From Candidatus Dormiibacterota bacterium (lineage in GTDB: Bacteria > Chloroflexota > Dormibacteria > Aeolococcales > Aeolococcaceae): DNA of 64,000 bases. The stretch covers positions 34,532 to 98,531 of the forward strand of contig PMOL01000017.1 of assembly GCA_003162415.1 (NCBI GenBank). Direction: 5' to 3'. Shown here one piece after another: positions 1 to 10,438 of this stretch. Below the pieces are notes generated by a model. It ran no database searches. It was given only the letters and a program-made list of their open reading frames with translations, and was not told the origin of the DNA. The stretch's first letter is position 1. Each line of letters opens with the position of its first letter. A program made the translations under genes and the position numbers.

Positions 1-390
1 ATCGAAGGCCAGATCACGGCCAACCTGCTCGGGCCCTGGCGCCTCGCGCGTGCCGCCGCCGCCTCGATGATCGCCGCGGGCGCCGGCGGCAGGATCGTGA
101 TCGTTGCCTCGCACGCAGCGGTGGACGTCGCGCGCGGGCAGGCTGCGTACCAGGTGAGCAAGGCGGCCGTCCTGCGACTGGCCCAGGTGATGGCCGCCGA
201 ATTGCAGGGACACAGCATCACGGTCAACGCCGTGCTTCCCGGCACCATGGACACAGCTGCGAATCGCGAGTCGATGCCGAAGGCAAACCGCGCGTTGTGG
301 GTCAGCACCGATGCCGTTGCCGCGGTCATCGAATGGCTGCTCTCCGACGCCGCCGCAGCGGTGACCGGGGCCGCGATTCCCGCCGGTTGA
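1..390 (+). CDS. short-chain dehydrogenase/reductase, 3' part (5' end lies left of the window)
   Basis: Frame is open from nt 1, so the track ATG at 67 is internal. Has the YQVSKAAV catalytic YxxxK and NAVLPG motifs of classical SDRs. Confidence 0.8.
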   Translation: MEGQITANLLGPWRLARAAAASMIAAGAGGRIVIVASHAAVDVARGQAAYQVSKAAVLRLAQVMAAELQGHSITVNAVLPGTMDTAANRESMPKANRALWVSTDAVAAVIEWLLSDAAAAVTGAAIPAG

Positions 391-393
391 GCG

Positions 394-1005
394 TCAGGCG
401 AAGGGAGCCGTTTCGAAGACTCCCGAATCGCCCATTCGGGCAATCGCACGGGCTCGATGCGAGACCCGTGCCTTGTCCTCCTCGGTGGCCTCGGCGAAGG
501 TGACCCCGAGGTCCGCGGACAGGAACGCCGGGTCGTAGCCGAAGCCGTTGGTGCCCCTGGGCGTTGACACGATCGTGCCGAGACATTCGCCGTGCGCAGT
601 CACCGGTTCGGCAGCTGGCCGGGCGAGCGCGGCCACGCACACGTACCGCGCACGGGGATCATCGGGCGTCTGCCGCTCCACCTCGGCGATCAAGCCGAGG
701 AGACGGTCCTCGTCGGTTGCCTGCTCGCCCAGCCACCGGGCCGACATCGGACCGGGCCAGCCGCGGAGGGCATCGATCTCGATGCCGCTATCGTCGGCGA
801 GGGCGGGAAGATCGGTCGCGATGCAGACCGCGGTTGCCTTGGCGAGCGCCGATTCCGTGTAGCCGGGGCCGGGTTCCTCGAGCACCCCCTGGAAGCCGAT
901 ATCGTCGAGCGATCGAAGGTCCAGCCGCCAGCGGCTGAGCAGGGCCTGGAGCTCGCGGAGCTTGCCGGGGTTGCGGGTCGCCAGGACCACGATCGCCCCG
1001 CTCAC
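394..1005 (-). CDS. rdgB: non-canonical purine NTP pyrophosphatase (RdgB/HAM1 family)
   Basis: N-terminal VLATRNPGKLREL and C-terminal FGYDP..F motifs. Conserved rph-rdgB adjacency. Confidence 0.85.
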   Translation of the reverse strand: MSGAIVVLATRNPGKLRELQALLSRWRLDLRSLDDIGFQGVLEEPGPGYTESALAKATAVCIATDLPALADDSGIEIDALRGWPGPMSARWLGEQATDEDRLLGLIAEVERQTPDDPRARYVCVAALARPAAEPVTAHGECLGTIVSTPRGTNGFGYDPAFLSADLGVTFAEATEEDKARVSHRARAIARMGDSGVFETAPFA

Positions 1006-1015
1006 CTTGCGCGGC

Positions 1016-1738
1016 TCATTTAGCGCCGCTCAACACCTCAGCCTGCAGGGCGAACAGCTGCTTCAGCCCCGCACCGGCAAGGCCGAGGAGGGAATCGAGC
1101 TCCTCACGCGAGAAGGGCTCCTGTTCTGCCGATCCCTGCAACTCGATGAACCGGCCGTCGAACGATCCCACGCAATTCATGTCGGTCTCGGCCGCCGAGT
1201 CCTCGAGATAGCAGAGGTCGAGGCGCGGCTCTCCCGCGACGATGCCCGCGCTCACCGCGGCGACCGGCCAGCGCAGCGGGTCGGAGCGAAGGACCCGGGC
1301 ATCGCGAAGCCTGGCGATCGCCAGCGCGAGGGCGACGTACCCGCCGGTGATCGACGCGGTGCGCGTTCCCCCGTCGGCGACGATGACGTCGCAGTCGATC
1401 AGGATGCTGCGCTCGCCGAGCGCCTCGAAGTCGACTGCGGCTCGCAGGCTCCGCCCGATCAACCGCTGGATCTCCTGGACGCGACCGTCCACCCTCCCCT
1501 TGCGGCCGTCGCGCTCGGAGCGGGTCTGGGTGCTGCGCGGAAGCATCGCGTACTCGGCGGTCACCCAACCGCGGCCGCTTCCCTTGCGGAAGGGCGGCAC
1601 GCGCTCCTCGACTGAGGCTGCACAGAGGACTCGCGTATCGCCCATGGTGATGAGCGCGCTGCCCTCCGCATACGGAATCGGATGCAATTCGATCGTGGTC
1701 GGGCGGAGCTCATCAGCGGCACGTTCGTCTGGACGCAT
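1016..1738 (-). CDS. rph: ribonuclease PH
   Basis: 240 aa. RPDGR-type N-terminus, [25 protein letters not shown] and [18 protein letters not shown] blocks typical of RNase PH. Confidence 0.9.
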   Translation of the reverse strand: MRPDERAADELRPTTIELHPIPYAEGSALITMGDTRVLCAASVEERVPPFRKGSGRGWVTAEYAMLPRSTQTRSERDGRKGRVDGRVQEIQRLIGRSLRAAVDFEALGERSILIDCDVIVADGGTRTASITGGYVALALAIARLRDARVLRSDPLRWPVAAVSAGIVAGEPRLDLCYLEDSAAETDMNCVGSFDGRFIELQGSAEQEPFSREELDSLLGLAGAGLKQLFALQAEVLSGAK

Positions 1739-1767
1739 TGGGCCGAGTGTATCGGTCGGCCCGCCGG

Positions 1768-2520
1768 TCAGCGCCGGAAGATCCGCTGAAGAACGACGAT
1801 CGACACTTCGTAGAGCAGCAGCAGCGGGATTGCGAGCAGCGTCGGTGTGAACGGATCAGCACCGGGCGTGATCACCAGGGACACGATGATGATCCCGACG
1901 TAGGCGATCTTCCGCCAGCCCTTGAGCTTTTTCGAGGAGACGAACCCGAGCAGGCCGAGCAGGACGATCACCACGGGCATCTCGAATGTCGCTCCGAAGA
2001 TGAACACGATGATCAGGAAGAACCCGATGTACGAGTTGATGTCGGGGAAATAGACGGCGTGCCCGTTGAGGAAGTTGGTCAGGAAGCTGAGCCCGATGGG
2101 CATCACGAAATAGGCGAACGCGGCTCCGGCGGCGAAGAGCAGGAGTGCGCTGGCGATGAACGGCCCGACGAACTTCCGCTCTTTCGGACGCAACCCCGGC
2201 GACACGAAGTTCCAGACCTGCCAGAGCACCACCGGCAGGGCGATGATCAGGCCGACGACGGCCGCGACCTTCAAGGGGACCGTGAGGCCCTCGGTGGGGC
2301 TCGTATAGATCGCCTCGTTGTTGGGGATGATGCTGTGCGAGTTCTTCAGAACGGTCGACAGCGGGTGCAGCAGCACACCGATGAAGAACCCGTTGAAGAC
2401 GAACGCGACGGCCGTTCCGACGATCCAGGCCCCCATCACCCAGATGAGGACCCGTCGCAACTCCTCCAGGTGCTGGACGATCGTCATCCGCCGTTCGTCG
2501 TCGCCAGCCACTCCTTGCAC
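1768..2520 (-). CDS. tatC: twin-arginine translocase subunit TatC
   Basis: [10 protein letters not shown]-terminus followed by six hydrophobic segments. Sits directly downstream of tatA. Alternative start at M12 (nt 2487). Confidence 0.9.
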   Translation of the reverse strand: MQGVAGDDERRMTIVQHLEELRRVLIWVMGAWIVGTAVAFVFNGFFIGVLLHPLSTVLKNSHSIIPNNEAIYTSPTEGLTVPLKVAAVVGLIIALPVVLWQVWNFVSPGLRPKERKFVGPFIASALLLFAAGAAFAYFVMPIGLSFLTNFLNGHAVYFPDINSYIGFFLIIVFIFGATFEMPVVIVLLGLLGFVSSKKLKGWRKIAYVGIIIVSLVITPGADPFTPTLLAIPLLLLYEVSIVVLQRIFRR

Positions 2521-2558
2521 CTTACGTGCCTCCGGTCAGCGCGCGCGTGAGCGGCGCG

Positions 2559-2855
2559 TCAGCCAGAAACGGAAGGCTGGTGCGCGTCAGCCGGGACCGT
2601 CACGGGCTCAGCCGGCTGCACCGGCGCAGGTGCCGGAACGGGTGCGGCAACGGCCTGAACGACTGGAGCCGGCTGAGCCGGAGTCGTGGTCGTGCCCATC
2701 ACCGCGTCATGAGTCTCGGACGAAGCCTTCCGAAACTCGCGAATTCCCTTGCCGATGCCTGCGCCCACGTCGGGCAGCTTTCCCGGCCCCCAGATGATCA
2801 GGATCACCACCAGCACGATGATGATCTCCGGCAGATGTCCGCCTATGAATCCCAT
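2559..2855 (-). CDS. tatA: twin-arginine translocase subunit TatA/E
   Basis: N-terminal TM helix plus amphipathic GPGKLPDVGAGIGKGIREFRKA motif. GGAGG lies upstream of the ATG. Confidence 0.85.
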   Translation of the reverse strand: MGFIGGHLPEIIIVLVVILIIWGPGKLPDVGAGIGKGIREFRKASSETHDAVMGTTTTPAQPAPVVQAVAAPVPAPAPVQPAEPVTVPADAHQPSVSG

Positions 2856-2897
2856 GACAGCCTCCAGTCTAGCACCATTTTTTTACAGCCCCTGAGA

Positions 2898-4190
2898 TCA
2901 GACTGAGACCGAAGACAGGCTACGAGCGAACGACTCGACGGTCCTGTCCACGTCCTCATCCGAGTGTGTCGTCGAAAGAAACGCGGTCTCGAATTGAGAT
3001 GGTGGCCAGAGGATCCCGGCGTCCAGCCACGCGGCGTGCAGGCGCCCGAAGCGCTCGCGGTCAGCCCGCTTCACGTCATCAAAGCTCCGCGCCTTTTCGA
3101 TCCCGATGAAGGGCGTCACCATGCTGCCGACGCGACCGACCGTGCACACAGCACCTGCTGCTGCTGCCGCGTCCGCGAAGCCGGTCTCGAGGCGATCCCC
3201 GAGGCGCTCCAACCGCTCATAGAGCCCGGGATTCTCGCGAAGCACGTCGAGCGCCGCGATTCCCGCGGCCATCGCGAGCGGACTTCCTGAGAGCGTGCCC
3301 GCCTGATAGACGGGACCCGATGGGGCGATCTGCTCCATGAGGTCGCGGCGGCCCCCGTAGGCGCCGACCGGCAGCCCGCCGCCGATCACCTTGCCGAACA
3401 GGCTGAGATCAGGGCGAACTCCATAGCGCGCCTGAGCGCCTCCGTACGCAACGCGGAACCCGGTCATCACTTCATCGAATACGAGCAAAGCACCCCATTT
3501 GGATGTGTTGCCGCGAAGTCCGTCCAGAAACCCGGGCTGGGGTGGCACGCAACCCATGTTCCCGGCGACCGGTTCCACGATCACCGCGGCGATCTGATCG
3601 CCCTCACGTTCGAAAAGGCGTATCACCGCCTCGAGGTCGTTGTAGGGCAGCACGACGGTGCCAGCGACAGCCGCGGCCGGGACGCCGGGTGAGCCCGGGA
3701 TCCCCAGGGTGGCGATGCCGGAGCCCGACTCCGCGAGCAGCGCATCTGCGTGCCCGTGGTAGCCGCCGGCGAACTTCACGATCCGATCACGGCTGGTGGC
3801 CGCTCGGGCGAGGCGGACTGCCGACATGGCGGCCTCGGTGCCCGAGGTGACGAAACGCACCATCTCCACCGATTCCACGGCGTCGACGATCCGTTCCGCG
3901 AGATCCACCTCGAGCTCCACGGTGTGGCCGTACGCCACTCCCCGCTCGAGCTGGGCGCGGATCGCGGCCATCACCTGCGGGGGCTGGTGACCGAGGATGT
4001 GCGGCCCGTACGCGAGCACGTAATCGATGAAGTCGTTGCCGTCCGCGTCGACGACGTGAGCACCCTCGCCGGCAATGATGTGGGGCGGAACGCCGGGAAC
4101 CGCGCGGTATGCGCGCACGGGGCTGTCGACACCGCCAGGAAGCACTCGCTCGGCGCGCTCGCGCAGCGCCCGAGCGTTGCTGTCCTTCAT
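2898..4190 (-). CDS. hemL: glutamate-1-semialdehyde 2,1-aminomutase
   Basis: 430 aa class-III PLP fold (LPGGVDSPVRA, FDEVMTGFRV, GKVIGGGLPVGAYGG). Last gene of the hem operon. Confidence 0.9.
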   Translation of the reverse strand: MKDSNARALRERAERVLPGGVDSPVRAYRAVPGVPPHIIAGEGAHVVDADGNDFIDYVLAYGPHILGHQPPQVMAAIRAQLERGVAYGHTVELEVDLAERIVDAVESVEMVRFVTSGTEAAMSAVRLARAATSRDRIVKFAGGYHGHADALLAESGSGIATLGIPGSPGVPAAAVAGTVVLPYNDLEAVIRLFEREGDQIAAVIVEPVAGNMGCVPPQPGFLDGLRGNTSKWGALLVFDEVMTGFRVAYGGAQARYGVRPDLSLFGKVIGGGLPVGAYGGRRDLMEQIAPSGPVYQAGTLSGSPLAMAAGIAALDVLRENPGLYERLERLGDRLETGFADAAAAAGAVCTVGRVGSMVTPFIGIEKARSFDDVKRADRERFGRLHAAWLDAGILWPPSQFETAFLSTTHSDEDVDRTVESFARSLSSVSV

Positions 4191-4208
4191 TGCTACCTCT
4201 GCGTCGCG

Positions 4209-4994
4209 CTAGGTCTGCTCTCGCACTGTGATCGACTTCATGAGATCGCCCTGGACGATCTTGAGCGCAACGCTCGTCCCGTTCTCGACCTTGCCGAAGA
4301 GGTTGTAGGAGGCCGCCAGCTGCGAGTCGTTGGCGATGCAGATGAAGTACTGCGAACCGTTGGTGTTGGCGCCGCTGTTGGCCATCGCCACCGCGCCTTC
4401 GACGTACTGCTGATGCACCGGCTCATCGTTGAACTGGAACCCCGGGCCGCCGCCCCCGCAGGTCCCGGATGGCGTCGCGGGCAGTGATGGGACGTTGCCG
4501 ATGCATTGGGGATCACCACCCTGGATGACGAAGCTGGCGACCACGCGATGGAACGGGATGCCGTCGTAGAAATGATTCCGCGCCAGGGTCACGAAAACGT
4601 TCACCGTGGTCGGCGCGAGATCCGGCTGCAGGCAGAGGACGATGTTTCCCTTCGACGTGACGATCGTCGCCTGGTACAGCTTGGCAGTGTTGATGGTCAT
4701 CGCCGGCGCCGCGCTGTACGTGTGGACACTCGCCGGCGCGTGGAGCGGCGCCAGCACCGCGCCGAAGGTCGTTTTCGTGCAGTCCGCGAACGGGATCGTG
4801 GGGGCGGCGGTTGGCGACGGAGTCGCCGAGACGCTTGGGGTCGGGGTCGCCGCGGGGGTCGGCGTCGGCAGCGCGGGGAGCGGCGCGCTTGCGCCGTTGA
4901 CGCCGATGGCGATCGCCACAATCGCGACGATCACGACGCCACCTGATCCCAGCACCAGTGGAAGACGGCGCCTGCCGCCGGACGGGTCACTCAT
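4209..4994 (-). CDS. membrane-anchored cyclophilin-type peptidyl-prolyl isomerase
   Basis: N-terminal TM segment, a PT-rich linker, then FHRV..VIQGGDP and MANSGANTNGSQYFI cyclophilin motifs. Confidence 0.85.
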   Translation of the reverse strand: MSDPSGGRRRLPLVLGSGGVVIVAIVAIAIGVNGASAPLPALPTPTPAATPTPSVSATPSPTAAPTIPFADCTKTTFGAVLAPLHAPASVHTYSAAPAMTINTAKLYQATIVTSKGNIVLCLQPDLAPTTVNVFVTLARNHFYDGIPFHRVVASFVIQGGDPQCIGNVPSLPATPSGTCGGGGPGFQFNDEPVHQQYVEGAVAMANSGANTNGSQYFICIANDSQLAASYNLFGKVENGTSVALKIVQGDLMKSITVREQT

Positions 4995-5015
4995 GGACTG
5001 ACTCCTTGCACCGAT

Positions 5016-6041
5016 TCACTCCTTGGTCTCGGCGAGCCAGCGCGCGGCGGCACGCGCGTGGTACGTGATGATCATGTCGGCTCCGGCGCGGCGGATGCCG
5101 CCCAGGGCCTCGAGAACCGCGCCGCGTTCGTCGAACGCACCGGCGGCCGCCGCGTGATGAAGCATCGCGAATTCGCCGCTGACGCAGTACGCGGCGAGCG
5201 GCAGGTTGGTCGCGTCGCGCACCCGCGCGACCACGTCCAGGTAGGTGAGCGCCGGCTTGACCATGACCATGTCCGCACCCTCCTCGACATCGAGCATGGC
5301 TTCGCGGACGGCCTCGCGCTGGTTGGCCGGGTCCATCTGGTACGAGCGCCGGTCCCCAGACCGTGGCGCACATTCGGCGGCGTCACGGAAGGGTCCGTAC
5401 AGCACTGTGGCGAACTTTGCGCTGTAGGCAAGGATCGCGGTATCCGTGAACCCCGACATGTCCAGTGCCTCGCGAATCGCGGCAACCTGCCCGTCCATCA
5501 TCCCGCTCGGCGCGATGATGTCGGCGCCTGCCTCCGCCTGACTGACCGCGGTCCGCGCATACAGCTCGAGGGTCGCATCGTTGTCGACCTCACCGCTGTC
5601 GAGCAGAAAACCGCAGTGCCCATGGTCGGTGTACTCGCAGAGGCAGCAGTCGGCGATCACCACGCACGCGTCTCCGAAACGCGTACGCAGCGCCCGGATC
5701 GACTGCTGGACGACACCGTCGTCAGCAAACGCGCCGGACCCCTGCGCGTCCTTGGCGGCGGGGAGCCCGAAGAGCAGAACCCCGCCGAGACCGAGCCCGA
5801 TCGTCTCCTCCACGGTCGTGCAGAGTGACTCGATGCTCTCGTGGCTCTGACCGGGCATCGACACGATCGGCTGGGGCGATTGGAGGCCCTCACGAATGAA
5901 CGCGGGGTGAATCAACTGGCCCGGACTGAGCCTCGACTCCCGGGCCAGGCGCCGCAGCGCCGGGGTGCGGCGGAGACGGCGTGGTCGTTCGGAAGGAAAT
6001 CCCATGTCATTGATCAGCGTAGCGGCTGGGGGGTCAGACAC
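5016..6041 (-). CDS. hemB: porphobilinogen synthase (delta-aminolevulinate dehydratase)
   Basis: RPRRLRRTPALRRL N-terminus and the active-site region VMVKPAL. The GTG at 6041 overlaps hemD by 28 nt. An alternative ATG at 6005 removes the overlap. Confidence 0.88.
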   Translation of the reverse strand: MSDPPAATLINDMGFPSERPRRLRRTPALRRLARESRLSPGQLIHPAFIREGLQSPQPIVSMPGQSHESIESLCTTVEETIGLGLGGVLLFGLPAAKDAQGSGAFADDGVVQQSIRALRTRFGDACVVIADCCLCEYTDHGHCGFLLDSGEVDNDATLELYARTAVSQAEAGADIIAPSGMMDGQVAAIREALDMSGFTDTAILAYSAKFATVLYGPFRDAAECAPRSGDRRSYQMDPANQREAVREAMLDVEEGADMVMVKPALTYLDVVARVRDATNLPLAAYCVSGEFAMLHHAAAAGAFDERGAVLEALGGIRRAGADMIITYHARAAARWLAETKE

Positions 6042-6796
6042 TCCGTCAACGCGGCCACCAATCCGTGCACTGACGCTTCGCGGGCGATCGCCTGTACGGT
6101 GAGCCCTGCGGCTCGCGCCTCGGCCGCCGTCTGCTCACCGATGCACACGATCGGTACGCCCGAAGGCACTCCTTCGGCGCCCATTGCCAGGGCGAGGTTT
6201 CGCGCGGTGCTGCCGCTGGTCAGGGTGATCGCGTCGACGCCGGCGACAAACACGGCCCGGAGTCGATCAGGTGCCGCGGCCGGCAGGACGCTTCGATAGA
6301 TGAGCTGGACGTTCACGGCGGCTCCCGCTGCGCGAAGGCGCTCCGCGAGATCGCCGCGCGCTCCTTCTGCGACGGGGAGCCAGACCGTCGCGCCGACCAT
6401 CCCGGCTTCGATCATTGCCGTCGCCAGCCCGTCCGCGCCGTGCTCGCTCGCCACCAGCTCGGGAGTGGCGCCCGCAGACAGGAGAGCGGCGGCGGTCGCA
6501 GGCCCGACGGCTGCGATGAGCATCCCCGACAGCGCGGGTGCACCGGCGGCGCCGATCACGAGGCGTACCGCGGTCGCGCTGCTGAAGCCTACCCACCGAG
6601 GTGATGGCGCGGCGGCGTTCCGGGCGGCGCCCGCGACGATGGCTTCGGGTTCGGCGATGGGGACGGTCGCGATCAGCGGGACGACTGCCACCGATGCACC
6701 CGCGTCGTGGAGCCGGTCGACGAGTCCCTCCGCCTGCTCGCGAGTTCGCGTCACAAGGACCCGCCTTCCGGCGAGGGGAAGCGAGGCCTCGGTCAT
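6014..6796 (-). CDS. hemD: uroporphyrinogen-III synthase
   Basis: 260 aa two-lobe HEM4-like sequence (LAGRRVLVTRTREQA). Lies between hemC and hemB, with a 4-nt overlap with hemC. Confidence 0.75.
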   Translation of the reverse strand: MTEASLPLAGRRVLVTRTREQAEGLVDRLHDAGASVAVVPLIATVPIAEPEAIVAGAARNAAAPSPRWVGFSSATAVRLVIGAAGAPALSGMLIAAVGPATAAALLSAGATPELVASEHGADGLATAMIEAGMVGATVWLPVAEGARGDLAERLRAAGAAVNVQLIYRSVLPAAAPDRLRAVFVAGVDAITLTSGSTARNLALAMGAEGVPSGVPIVCIGEQTAAEARAAGLTVQAIAREASVHGLVAALTECLTPQPLR

Positions 6797-7677
6797 CGAA
6801 GCAGGGCCGCCACCGCCTCACCGAGCGCTTCGGGATCGTCCAGGCTGCCCTCGGCCTCCGCCCTGCGAATCGACCCTGCAACCACAAGTGCAGCGACGAG
6901 CACCAACCGGCCATCCTCGACCCGTGCCCAGGCGCCGAGTGGGAGGAGGCACCCCCCGCCGAGAGCGCTGAGGACCGCTCGCTCGGCGGTCACCTCCAGC
7001 CTCGTCGAGCGATCGTCGACCGGCTCGCAGGCGCGTGCCGGCCCAGACCCGATGACGGTCTCCAGCGCGATCGCACCCTGCGCCGGAGAGGGCACGAACG
7101 CCAGGGGATCAAGGCGTTGGGTGAGTCGATCGCCGAGCTCCAAGCGATCGATCCCCGCGCATGCGAGCACGAGCGCGTCAACTTCGCCGGTGTCGAGCTT
7201 CCGCAGCCGAGTGTCGACATTGCCGCGGATGGGCACAGCTTTGAGTCCCGGGTAGAGCGCCGCGAGCAACCCGGCTCGCCTGGCGCTGCTCGTGCCCACG
7301 GTCGCCCCGAGCGGCAACTCTTCCAGCAGCTGACCAGCGGCCGACACCACGCCGTCCCGAGCATCGGCCCGCACGAGGTAGGCGGAAACGCTCAGACGTG
7401 GAGCCAGCGCCGATGGGAGGTCCTTGGCACTGTGGACCGCGACGTCCGCGCGGCCGTCCAGGAGGCTGCGCTCGAGATCGGCGGTGAACCACCCCTCGCC
7501 CTCGAGTTGATCGATCGGGGCATCGGTGCGGCGATCGCCCTCGGTGCGGATGACCAGGTGCTCCACCTCGCTGCCTCCAGCCTCGCGCAGCGCATCCGCA
7601 GCCAGTGCCGTCTGACGCAGTGCGAGTGCGCTGCCGCGCGTTGCCAGCCGAAGCGTCGAGAGGTCCGCGGCCGGCAT
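6793..7677 (-). CDS. hemC: hydroxymethylbilane synthase (porphobilinogen deaminase)
   Basis: LRLATRGSALALRQT N-terminus, AVHSAKDLP and RGNVDTRLRKL motifs. Confidence 0.9.
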   Translation of the reverse strand: MPAADLSTLRLATRGSALALRQTALAADALREAGGSEVEHLVIRTEGDRRTDAPIDQLEGEGWFTADLERSLLDGRADVAVHSAKDLPSALAPRLSVSAYLVRADARDGVVSAAGQLLEELPLGATVGTSSARRAGLLAALYPGLKAVPIRGNVDTRLRKLDTGEVDALVLACAGIDRLELGDRLTQRLDPLAFVPSPAQGAIALETVIGSGPARACEPVDDRSTRLEVTAERAVLSALGGGCLLPLGAWARVEDGRLVLVAALVVAGSIRRAEAEGSLDDPEALGEAVAALLR

Positions 7678-8927
7678 CAGCGGTCGAGCCGGAACGCCTC
7701 GCGGATCGCCAGTGTCGTCGCGGGGTCTCCCGCTTCACGAAGGCGGGTGACCGGTCCATGCAGGAGCTTCCGGACCATGCTCCTGGTCAGCATCTCGACG
7801 CGCTCGCGGGTTGCATCATCGATGGGCCGCCCGTTGCCGAAGGTTCGAGCCACCTCTTCGGCGCGCAGCCTCTCGGCCCACTCGACCAGCGCGGCGATGG
7901 TCGGGCCGGCGGTGTCGCGCTGACCGATCACGGTGACCGTCTTCTCGAGCTCGACGTCGATGATCGCCTCGGCTGCAGGTACGGTTTCCCGGCGCTGATC
8001 GAGCCGCTGTCCGACTCGCCGTCCGAGCTCATCGATGTCGATCAGGGTCACCCCCGGCACCTCGGCGGCCGCAGAGTCGATGTCGCGCGGCACGGCCATG
8101 TCGACGATGCACAGCGGCCGGAGCCCGCGCAGGCGCTGCAGCACCTCGACGGCGGCGGCATCGAGAACCGTCGTTGCGCTGTCGGTGGACGCGATGATCA
8201 CGTCAACCCCGTCAGCAACCTCCGCGAGCGCGCCGAGGGCGACTGGTTCCGCACCGACAGCCTTGGCCAGCCGGCGGCTCGACTCACCCCGCGAGGTGGT
8301 CATGATCCGCGCTCCCTGGTCGTGCAGGCGATTGGCGGCCAGGCGGCTCATCTTTCCCGCGCCGATCAGCAGGACACCCTTGCCTTCGAGGTCGCCGCAG
8401 GACGCGCGGGCGCACTCGACGGCAACCTCGCTGAGGCTCGCCGCACCCCGGCCGAGCAATGTCTCGGTACGGACGCGTTTGGCCGTCGATACGGCCCGGC
8501 GCATCACGTAGTCGAGGCGAGCATCCACCGTTCCCGCCTCGGTGGCGACCCGATGCGCGTCCTTGAACTGGCCAAGCACCTGCGCCTCGCCGATCACCAT
8601 GCTCTCGAGGCCGCTCGCCACCCGGAACATGTGCTCAGCGGCATCACGATCCTCGAGGGTGACCATATGGCGTTCGACCTCGCCCGAGCCACCTGGGTCG
8701 AGGTATCGAGCCAGTCGCGGGGCTACCTCGGCGCTGAGGTTGTCCGGGCAGACCACGTAGAAGTCGGTGCGATTGCAGGTGGAAAGCACTGCCGCGCCGT
8801 GCAGGCCCGCATGCCCCACGAGGTATCGCAGGGTCGTTGCAGCACGCGCCGCTGGGATGGCCGCAGCCTCCCGCACAGCCAGTGGAGCGGTGCGAAAGCT
8901 CAGCCCGGCGGCTACCAGTCGCATCAC
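7677..8927 (-). CDS. hemA: glutamyl-tRNA reductase
   Basis: VLSTCNRTDFY catalytic Cys motif, GEAQVLGQ, and NADPH-binding VLLIGAGKMS. Confidence 0.9.
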   Translation of the reverse strand: MMRLVAAGLSFRTAPLAVREAAAIPAARAATTLRYLVGHAGLHGAAVLSTCNRTDFYVVCPDNLSAEVAPRLARYLDPGGSGEVERHMVTLEDRDAAEHMFRVASGLESMVIGEAQVLGQFKDAHRVATEAGTVDARLDYVMRRAVSTAKRVRTETLLGRGAASLSEVAVECARASCGDLEGKGVLLIGAGKMSRLAANRLHDQGARIMTTSRGESSRRLAKAVGAEPVALGALAEVADGVDVIIASTDSATTVLDAAAVEVLQRLRGLRPLCIVDMAVPRDIDSAAAEVPGVTLIDIDELGRRVGQRLDQRRETVPAAEAIIDVELEKTVTVIGQRDTAGPTIAALVEWAERLRAEEVARTFGNGRPIDDATRERVEMLTRSMVRKLLHGPVTRLREAGDPATTLAIREAFRLDR

Positions 8928-8994
8928 GAGCGAGTATAGGTTTCCGGTCGGTCCTCACCGGTCCTCATGCCCCGGAGTTCTAGGATGTGCGTGT

Positions 8995-9786
8995 ATGGAA
9001 GCTCGCCGGCGATACGGTCGCCGCCGAGGGAGGGTCCCCACGGGCGACAAATTTCTACCGCGCCTCGGTCCGGCGGGAGCCGAGCCATTCGCCACGCTCG
9101 ACGATGCCGTCGATTCCTGGTCCGCCGAGCGACCGTCGCCGGAAACCCTGATCGAGGACCTTCATTTCGTGGCCCTGGATTGCGAGACGACGGGGCAATC
9201 CCCGCACCACCTCGTTGAGCTCGGCGCAGTCGCGTTCACGTTGCGCGACCACCTGATGAGCTTCGAGACTCTGGTGCACAGCAACGATCGGATCAACCCG
9301 TATGCACGGCGCATTCACGGCATCGACGCGTCCACCCTCAACGGCGCTCCCCCAGTCTCGATCGTGGTCGAACGGTTTCAGCGCTTCACGAAAGGGGCGG
9401 TGCTCGTGGAACACAGCGCCGACGCGTTCGACACCCGACTCATCGGCCGCGCCATCGGATCGAGCCTCGACGCGGACAACGTTGATACCACCAGGCTCGC
9501 GGCGAAGCTCTTCGATCTCAAGGACACGATCGGACTCGAGCGGCTCTGTCGCGAGCTGGGGGTCGTGCACCGCAGGCCGCACCACGCGCTCGCGGACGCC
9601 GAGGCGACCGCGGCGTGTTTCGTCGAGCTGGTGAAGCGCGGAGGCGACCGCTTCAACTGGCGCACGCTCGGCGACCTCCTCGTGGCTGGAAAGCCCCCCG
9701 CATTTGCCGCGGATGTGGGTGTCCTGCCTCCAGGTGGAGCGCCGAAAGGCGCCGTCTCAAGTGGTCGATCGCGCCGGCGGCGTTGA
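8995..9786 (+). CDS. DEDDh 3'-5' exonuclease (DnaQ/epsilon-like domain protein)
   Basis: Exo I FVALDCETTG, Exo II-like VEHSADAFD and Exo III HHALADAEA. The ATG at 8995 is the first start clear of the divergent hemA. The 5' extension to 8767 is antisense to hemA. Confidence 0.75.
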   Translation: MEARRRYGRRRGRVPTGDKFLPRLGPAGAEPFATLDDAVDSWSAERPSPETLIEDLHFVALDCETTGQSPHHLVELGAVAFTLRDHLMSFETLVHSNDRINPYARRIHGIDASTLNGAPPVSIVVERFQRFTKGAVLVEHSADAFDTRLIGRAIGSSLDADNVDTTRLAAKLFDLKDTIGLERLCRELGVVHRRPHHALADAEATAACFVELVKRGGDRFNWRTLGDLLVAGKPPAFAADVGVLPPGGAPKGAVSSGRSRRRR

Positions 9787-9892
9787 CAGTACGCCCAGCG
9801 CTGCATACCATCCACTCGAACCAACCACACTCATTCCGGCTCGCGTCGATGCGGTCCGGTACTTCATCCAGGTTCATCTCGAGGACATTGCA

Positions 9893-10348
9893 TTGCCCAG
9901 CCACCTCAACAGGGCCGAGGCGATCGGTACCGCATCCGCTGCCGTCGGCGTCCTCGTGGCGTTCCTACCCTGGTACGCCTATGCCGCCGGCACTTCCCAC
10001 GTATCGGTCAACGCCTTTCGCGCCTCGGTGTTCGGCGATCTGTTCTTCGTCGCAATTGCCGCCGCGATCCTCCTCCTGCTGATCGGGCGCGGATTCGTTG
10101 ACGACGTGGTCACACCATATATTCCGGAGACCACAGCCCACGCCACCGCGGCCGCAGTGGCCATGGGCAGCGTGCTCATTCAACTGATCCTGACGCGAGC
10201 CACCGGACGTTCGCTCGGCATTGGAATCTTTCTGGCCCTGATTGCGGCGGCGGGTCTTTGTACCTCCGCGGTGCTACGCCGGCTTCATCCGGACCGTCGT
10301 CGAATTGGTCGTGAAGGCCTTTCCCACGAGGGTCTGCTTACCCCATAA
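9893..10348 (+). CDS. small polytopic membrane protein, paralogue of 11009..11542
   Basis: The TTG at 9893 lies 7 nt after GAGGA. The N-terminus aligns with the 11009 protein (AIGTASAAVGVLVAFLPWYAY versus IAVGAGLIVGLIALFLPWYGY). Four hydrophobic segments. The start is uncertain. Confidence 0.5.
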   Translation: MPSHLNRAEAIGTASAAVGVLVAFLPWYAYAAGTSHVSVNAFRASVFGDLFFVAIAAAILLLLIGRGFVDDVVTPYIPETTAHATAAAVAMGSVLIQLILTRATGRSLGIGIFLALIAAAGLCTSAVLRRLHPDRRRIGREGLSHEGLLTP

Positions 10349-10438
10349 TCCAGCGATCCGCGCTCGGGGGACGTGGCGCCCCCGGTTCAAGTCGATGCCA
10401 CATCTGCTCATTCACCCTGGGAGGAACCACCCGAAGCA

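Noticed and set aside
6601-7923. 440-aa plus-strand ORF across hemC/hemD
   Set aside because: Arg/Pro/Ala-rich with no recognisable motifs, and antisense to two well-supported hem genes. This is a typical shadow ORF of a GC-rich genome.
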